A stretch of DNA of 64,000 nucleotides from an uncultured Acidimicrobiia bacterium (GTDB taxonomy: Bacteria > Actinomycetota > Acidimicrobiia > Spongiisociales > DATADW01), in contig CAWGYV010000009.1 in assembly GCA_963826825.1 (NCBI GenBank), positions 151,036 through 215,035 of the forward strand, read 5' to 3'. Positions within the stretch are counted from its first letter, which is position 1. The number at the start of each line of letters is the position of its first letter. The notes under the pieces are model-generated. The model worked only from the letters and a program-made list of their open reading frames with translations, was not told the origin of the DNA and did not search any database. Of this stretch, positions 58,351-64,000 are shown piece after piece. Both the position numbers and the translations under genes were made by a program.

Positions 58351-58791
58351 CCACGCCACCGTGCGGAACCGCATTCCGCCGCATCAGCAGCTTGTCGGGT
58401 ATCGACGCGAGACGCTTGACGGCCACCGCGAGGATCGGAAGCCAGGCAGGAAGCTGCCGAGATTCGGCGCGTGGAGAAGTCGGCGAGATGGACGCCCGCG
58501 AGGAGCATCACGAGCAGAGCCGCGAAACCCCAATGTGAGATGCAGGATTGTCGCGGGAAATACGGCATCCGGCCCTTCCCCTCCCCGGACGATGACGTAT
58601 TGGTTGAAGCCCCATGCTGTCATCCAGTTCGCCGTCAGCGCGAGCGCCATGGCCGCGGCCACTTCGCCCATGACGGCCGGAGAAAGGTAGCGGGCGACGA
58701 CGATTGTGCCGACGAGCCCGACGATTCGGCAGGCGACGCCGAGACCGATGGTCCACATCGCTCCGGAAGCGGCTTGGCGACCAATGTTCAT
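58351..58791 (-). pseudogene. polysaccharide/oligosaccharide flippase (Wzx/MOP family), N-terminal fragment with internal frameshifts
   Basis: MNIGRQAASGAMWTIGLGVACRIVGLVGTIVVARYLSPAVMGEVAAAMALALTANW... The trail can be followed through three frames (..GFAALLVMLLAGVHLADF.., ..WLPILAVAVKRLASIPDKLLMRR.., MRFRTVA) until it hits the tyrA fragment. Confidence 0.6.
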
Positions 58792-58906
58792 GAGAAGTGG
58801 GACCGACTATCGAAGGAGGCCCGACGCGATATTACACCGGCCTGCGTACACGAGGAACGTTCTCTTCCCTGGAGTAACGTGCGTGGGCGAGAGTCGTTCT
58901 CCGCGT

Positions 58907-59143
58907 TCACATCAACACACGCGCGAACCAGACGAGCGGTGTCGCTAAGACGATCGAGACGGCGCTCACCGTCGCAAGACCGAACGCTGCGAACGGCGCC
59001 ACCCTGAACAGCCCGAGCCACTCGGCGACGAGCGGCGTGTCCTTCGCCTCGAGCCACGCGAACACGTGCGCGTCGATGCGCCGGCGCCGGCCCACGGTCG
59101 GCTCGAGTGCCGTCCAGGCGTCGGCGAGCTCTTCGTCGTTCAT
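58907..59143 (-). CDS. small membrane protein, possible anti-sigma factor
   Basis: 78-aa ORF with a C-terminal TM segment. Its ATG overlaps the reconstructed stop of the ECF sigma gene (ATGA). Confidence 0.45.
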   Translation of the reverse strand: MNDEELADAWTALEPTVGRRRRIDAHVFAWLEAKDTPLVAEWLGLFRVAPFAAFGLATVSAVSIVLATPLVWFARVLM

Positions 59144-59579
59144 GACGTTCCTCCATCGGGACTCAGCAATGCCTCGATGCGCGCGCCGAGCGCGCGTGCG
59201 CGCCCGCTCGAGAATCTTGCGGATCGTCGCGGGCTCGAGGCCGAGGGTGGCCGCGATTTTCGCTCGCGTTGCGCTCGGCGCCGTAGCGCAGACTCACGAT
59301 CGCGCGCTCGCGCTCGGGCAGCTCGCCGAGCGCGATGAGCAGCGCGCGCCGTTGCCGCGCGCGGTCGAGATCGTCTGCCGGATCGGCTGTGTCGTCGGGC
59401 GTCTCGGGCAGCTCACCCGTGGCCGTGAGCGCGGGACGGCGGCGGCGAAACCGGCGGCGCGCCGTGTTGACGGCGATTGTCGTGACCCAGGCCGCGAAAC
59501 GCGCGTCGACACGCGGCGTGTATTTGTGGAGCGACGTCAGCACTGTCAGCAGGGCATCCTGGGTCACGTCGCTCGGCAT
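59140..59579 (-). CDS. ECF-type sigma-70-family factor, short N-terminus, two frameshifts near 59200-59270
   Basis: It contains [44 protein letters not shown] (region 2) and [14 protein letters not shown], with a restored [20 protein letters not shown] (region 4). Confidence 0.6.
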
Positions 59580-62308
59580 CGGCTCGCCTCTTTCCAGTTC
59601 TCGCCCACGCCCGACGTCGACCGTCAGCGGCACGCGCAGCGCGACGGCGCCCTCCATCCGTTCGCGCACCAGCGCGGCGGTCTCGTCGGCCGCTGCCTTC
59701 GGCGCTTCGAACAGCAGCTCGTCGTGGACGGTGAGGATCATCCGCGCCGGCGATGCCGCTGCGCGACGAGCGCTCGATGCACGTCGATCATGGCGCGCTT
59801 GAGGATGTCGGCAGCGCTGCCCTGAATCGGGAAGTTGACCGCGTAGCGCTCCGCGCCCGCCCTGATCTGGAAGTTGCGGCTCGTCAGATCGGGCACCAGG
59901 CGGCGCCTGCCGAACATGGTCTTCACGACGCCGCTCTCGCGCGCGGTGGCGAGCAGGTTGTCGATGAAGGCGCGGACCGACGGGAAGCCCGCGAAGTAGG
60001 CGTTGATGAATTCCTGCGCCGCCTCCTGCGACACGCCGATGTCCTTCGCCAGCGTGAATGCGGTCTTCCCGTAGAGCAGCGCGTAGTTGATGATCTTCGC
60101 GCGGCGGCGCAGCTCGTGCTCGCCGAGCCCGCTGTTCTCGCCGAAGACCGTCGCCGCGGTGCGATCGTGGATGTCGATGCCCTGCGTGAAGGCGTCGACC
60201 AGCGCCGTCGTCGCCCGAGAGGTGCGCGAGCACGCGCAGCTCGATCTGCGAATAATCCGCTGAAATCAGGACGTTGCCCGGCTCGGCGATGAACGCCCCG
60301 CGGATCGCGCGACCGAGCGCGGTGCGGATGGGAATGTTCTGCAGGTTCGGATCGCTGCTGCTCAACCGCCCGGTCGCGGCGACCGCCTGGTTGAAACAGG
60401 TGTGGACGCGGCCGGTGTCGGGGTCGACCAGCTGCGGCAAGCGCGTCGATGTACGTGCCCTTCAGCTTCTGCAGCGCCCGCCACTCCAGGATCAGCCGCG
60501 GCATGTCGTGCGTCAGCGCCAGCTCCTCGAGCACTTCGACCGCGGTCGACGCCGTCTTCGTCTTGATGTTGCGCTTGAGGGTCGGCAGCTGCAGCTTGTC
60601 GAAGAGAATGCGCGACAGCTGCTGCGGCGAGTTGATGTTGAACTCCTCGCCGGCCATCTCGAAGATCTGCGCGCTGCGCGTCGCCAGCTCCTGCTCGACG
60701 TGCTGCGACTGCGCCGAGAGCGCCCGCCCGTCGATGTGAATCCCCGCCCGCTCGACGTCGACGAGCACCGGGATGAGCGGCATCTCCATGATCGCGGTAG
60801 AGCGGCTCCAGCTGATCCTGGCGGATCAGCGCGATCAGGGCCGGATCGAGCTGCAGCGCCAGATCGGCGCGCTCGCCCGCGTAGTTCAGCGCCGTGTCTC
60901 TCGGGATCGCGCGGAAGGACACGGCCTTGGCGCCTCTGCCGCAGACGTCTTCCTCGCTGCAGCGCCTTGTAGCCGGCGTGCTCGAGCGCCAGGTCCTCGA
61001 GCGGATGGCTCGACCGGGTCGCGTCGAGCAGGTAGCTCGCAATCATGGTGTCGGTCTCGAGGCCGTCGAGCGCGACGCCGTGCCGCGCCAGCACGATGGC
61101 GTCGAACTTCAGGTCGTGGCCGACCTTGCCGATTGCCGCGTCCTCGAGCACCGGCTTCAGCGCCGCCAGCGCCTCTGCCGTGTCGAGGCCGCCGTCGAGC
61201 GCCGCTGCCGATGCGCCGAACAGATCCTCGGCGCCTTGCGGATCCGCGGCCAGCGGCACGTAGCGCGCGCGCCGTGGCGCGGTCGAAAACGAGAGCCCGA
61301 CGATGCCGGCGCGCATGGCCGACGGCGCATCGGGCAGCACGCGCAGCGCGAACCGTCCGGCGCTGCGCAGTTCCTCCGACCAGCGCCTGCAGCCCTTCGG
61401 CCGTAGTCGACGACCGCGTAGTCCTTGCCGACCGTATCGGCGGTCGGCGCGTACTCCATCACCAGCGAGCGAAAGCCCATGCGGGTGAAGTGCTCGAAGC
61501 AGCGCTCACGCGTCGGGCCGCGATAGCGCAGCGCGTCGGGATCGAACTCCACCGGCACGTCGATCCTGATGCGCGCCAGCTCGCGGCTCTGCCGCGCATC
61601 GTCGGCATGTTCGAGCAGGCCTTCGCGATATCGCTTGTTGGTCACCTCGGAGGCATGGGCGAGCAGCTCTTCGAGCGTGCCGTAGCGCGCGATGAGCTCG
61701 CGCGCGCCCTTCTCGCCGATGCCGGGCACTCCCTTGATGTTGTCGATCGAGTCGCCCATCAGCGCGAGCACGTCGACGACCTGCGACGGCAGCACGCCGA
61801 ACTTCTCCTTCACGCCCTCGGCGTCGAACCAGGTGCCTTCGTCGCGAGGGTTGTAGACCGTGATGCCGTCGTGCACCAGCTGAAAGAAGTCCTTGTCGCC
61901 GGTGACGATCGCCACCTCGAAGCCGGCCGCCACGGCCTTCGTCGCCAGCGTGCCGATCACGTCGTCGGCCTCGTAGCGCTCCGAGGTGATGATCGGCACG
62001 CCGAGCGCCTCGCAGGCCTCGTGCACCCACGGGATCTGCTCGGCGAGATCCGGCGGCATCGGCGTGCGATTGGCCTTGTAGTCGGAGACCAGATCGTCGC
62101 GGAACGTGCGCCCGGGCAGGTCGAACGACGCGCCGATGAACTGCGGCTGATGATCCTGAATCAGCTTGCGCAGCATGTTCACGAAGATGTAGACGGCGTG
62201 CGTGGTCTTGCCGCCGGGGCCGCTCAGGCCGCCGCCGCGCATCGCGTGATACGCGCGGTACATCTGCGAACTGCCGTCGATCAGGAAGACACGGGCTGAC
62301 GTGGACAT
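59564..62308 (-). CDS. polA: DNA polymerase I, fragmented by at least 7 frameshifts
   Basis: The 5'-nuclease domain is in ORF 61157..62308 ([16 protein letters not shown]...). The 3'-5' exonuclease-like and polymerase domains are scattered over ORFs 60513..61340, 60362..61042, 59923..60789, 59163..60440 and 59738..60034 ([65 protein letters not shown]). The end is restored as GENWKEAS. Confidence 0.85.
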
Positions 62309-62360
62309 GGATGGGCGGGAAGCGAAAAATCCGCGAGAAAAAGCAGTATATCATCGCGGA

Positions 62361-63168
62361 ATGGTCTCAGCGGCTCACGCGCGCCGTGCGGGAACGTCGC
62401 GCGCGAAGCAATGGGTCGTCCTCGCGATCGTCATCGCGGCGGCGGCGGTTGTGTGGTTTCGCGCCGGCGTGGTGCGCGACGTGTTCGGCAGGCAGTACCA
62501 GTACGAAGAGGACCTGACGATCGACGTCGACGGCTCAGGCACGCTGACGATCAACGCGTCGCTCGCCGCGCTCAACACGCTGCGCGGGCTCGACGTCGAC
62601 CCGCTGGCCTCGTCGGTCGATCGCGACCGCATCCGCGCGCTCTACCAGTCGAATGTCGCGCGCGTCATCTCGGTGCCGCGGCCGTGGACCCGGCACGGCC
62701 GCCAGTTCGTCCAGATCAATCTCGAGTTCGACGACGTGCGGCGGCTGCACGAAGCCGCGCCGCTGTCGTGGTCGCGCTACGAGCTCACCGCCGGGAACGG
62801 CCAGCACCTGTTCCGCCAGATCGTCGGCGCCTCGGCGCTGAAGCCCGGCACGCTCAAGAACGTCGGCTGGGACGGCGGCGAGATCGTCGCCTTCCGGCTG
62901 CATCTGCCCAGCCGCATCCTCGAACACAACGCGCGCGATCTCGAGAAGAACGAGCCGACCGGCATCCATCGCGGCAACATCCTCGGGTGGGAACAGCACC
63001 TCGCCGATCGCCTCGACGGCAAGCCGGTGACGATCGAGGTGCGCATGGACAGCCAGTCGATCCTCTACCGCACGCTCTTCCTGTTCGCGGGCGCCTTCAC
63101 CGCCGCCGTGCTGACGCTGGTCCTGCTGATCTGGTGGACGATGCGGCAGGGGCAGGGAGTCTGCCTGA
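62361..63168 (+). CDS. hypothetical membrane protein (N- and C-terminal TM helices); 3' end inferred
   Basis: The ATG at 62361 begins a protein with the TM segments WVVLAIVIAAAAVVW and LFLFAGAFTAAVLTLVLLIWW. As sequenced, the frame runs on to 63446 through an inverted repeat. One G fewer in the GGGG run at 63149-63152 gives RQGRESA-stop at 63166-63168. Confidence 0.45.
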
Positions 63169-63175
63169 CGCGTGT

Positions 63176-63311
63176 CAACTCCCAACTTCCAACTGCCAAC
63201 TCCCAAGGCGAACTCCCAACGTGCTCAACTGTCGAGCCGACGTTCCGGCAATTTCGCTTGGGCGTTGGCGTTGGGAGTGCCTTGGAAGTTGGCCTTGGAA
63301 GTTGGCAGTTG
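63176..63311. repeat. long imperfect inverted repeat whose arms are tandem CCAACTN-type heptamers
   Basis: The left arm is CAACTCCCAACTTCCAACTGCCAACTCCCAAGGCGAACTCCCAACG. The reverse complement of the right arm is CAACTGCCAACTTCCAAGGCCAACTTCCAAGGCACTCCCAACG. The loop is about 33 nt, and the element lies between convergent genes. Confidence 0.8.
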
Positions 63312-63312
63312 T

Positions 63313-63837
63313 CTACCGCCCGTCAGTCCGCAGCTCGTTGCTCAGCGAACGTTCGCCCAGCCCGGTGGCCAGCGACCGCGCCATCGACCGCTCCACCTGT
63401 GTGCCGACGGTGCCCTTCAGCGTCACGTGGCCGCGTTCCACGATGATGTGAATGGGCGGGCTGGACATCGCGGCGTACGACCAGAACGACGGATTGCCGT
63501 AGATGGCCTTGGCCACCCGGTGGCGCAGGTCGTCGTCTTCCGGCAGCGGCGGCAGCACCAGGATCTCGTTGCGCAGCTCGCGGACGCCGTCGAGGCGGGC
63601 GACGCGCTTTTCGATCTCCGAGCGCTTGGCTGCCGCAGTCACCTTGCCCGTCAACACCACCGAGTCCCCTTCGACGCGCGCATCGACGTCGTCGAAGATG
63701 GTGACGTGCGGGCACTCGCGGATGGAGCGGACCACGGCGCCGCCGAGCATCGAGGCCGCGGGCGCCGCCTGGGCGAACGCCACCGCCGCCACGCTCTGGA
63801 GCGCGAGCGCGCATGCGATCAAGGTTCGAGTCTTCAT
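63313..63837 (-). CDS. secreted BON-domain protein (OsmY-like, two BON domains)
   Basis: Intact 174-aa ORF with the signal peptide MKTRTLIACALALQSVAAVAFA and the motifs VVLTGKV...RLDGVRELRNEI and VTLKGTV. Confidence 0.75.
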   Translation of the reverse strand: MKTRTLIACALALQSVAAVAFAQAAPAASMLGGAVVRSIRECPHVTIFDDVDARVEGDSVVLTGKVTAAAKRSEIEKRVARLDGVRELRNEILVLPPLPEDDDLRHRVAKAIYGNPSFWSYAAMSSPPIHIIVERGHVTLKGTVGTQVERSMARSLATGLGERSLSNELRTDGR

Positions 63838-64000
63838 ATGGATCCCGTCGCTCGGGGCGGGGAGCTCAATGGCGCGGGCACTGCCTGCTATCGCAAATGG
63901 AGTGCCACGGGCAGATGCCAGAAATGGGCGTATTTCGCAGGAATTTGCGGAAATGCAGCGGGGAAACTGACGTGAGCCGGGGTCAGGTGAGCGCGGGCGA

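Noticed and set aside
63169-63446. Continuation of the membrane-protein ORF through the inverted repeat and into the BON gene on the opposite strand.
   Set aside because: The translated sequence is just the repeat (SQLPTANSQGELP...). One extra G in a GGGG run, the error type seen elsewhere in the window, would hide a stop at 63166-63168.

Overview
Very GC-rich bacterial chromosomal DNA; codon third positions are almost all G/C. Gene content and local synteny look Actinomycetota-like: an XRE regulator next to an HbhA-like protein, an epimerase next to an acyltransferase, ClpS next to DUF2017, and a DinB/TIGR03084-like protein next to acyl-CoA carboxylase subunits. I support about 65 protein-coding genes, mostly housekeeping or metabolic, many joined by 4-nt ATGA/GTGA stop/start overlaps. 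I found no rRNA, tRNA, CRISPR array, transposase or integrase. Main blocks in order: tag, a methyltransferase, a Mo-oxidoreductase and an M28 peptidase; a 2-phosphoglycerate kinase plus cyclic-2,3-diphosphoglycerate synthetase pair divergent from a fused aconitase-X; an ArsR-SRPBCC pair; a five-gene translationally coupled ApbE / ferric-reductase-domain operon with odd low-complexity membrane proteins; an ABC exporter pair; DtxR-family regulator plus H+-PPase; metX, plsY and a UPF0104 protein; acyl-CoA carboxylase beta/alpha; udk, proC, proline dehydrogenase, bcp and pspA; an HdrD-like membrane Fe-S protein; a GH13 enzyme; pheA; an Ssd/CpaE-like module; HTH-clpS-DUF2017; and a form-II coxSLM-type Mo-hydroxylase cluster with accessory genes. 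The most unusual item is an intact eRF1/Pelota-like protein sitting between the MoxR AAA+ ATPase and the CoxE-type VWA protein in that accessory set. At about 58,350 a truncated tyrA abuts a truncated, opposite-strand flippase gene with no spacer. The last 5.6 kb (ECF sigma, heavily frameshifted polA, a membrane protein, a BON protein) may be a chimeric join or a rearrangement. At least 17 genes carry frameshifts, mostly single-base insertions. Most of the sites I resolved to the base extend a G or C run, so sequence error is the first explanation, not pseudogenisation. Non-coding features include three heptanucleotide tandem-repeat tracts, a 15-bp palindrome present three times, stacked GC hairpins and a long inverted repeat built of CCAACT-type heptamers.
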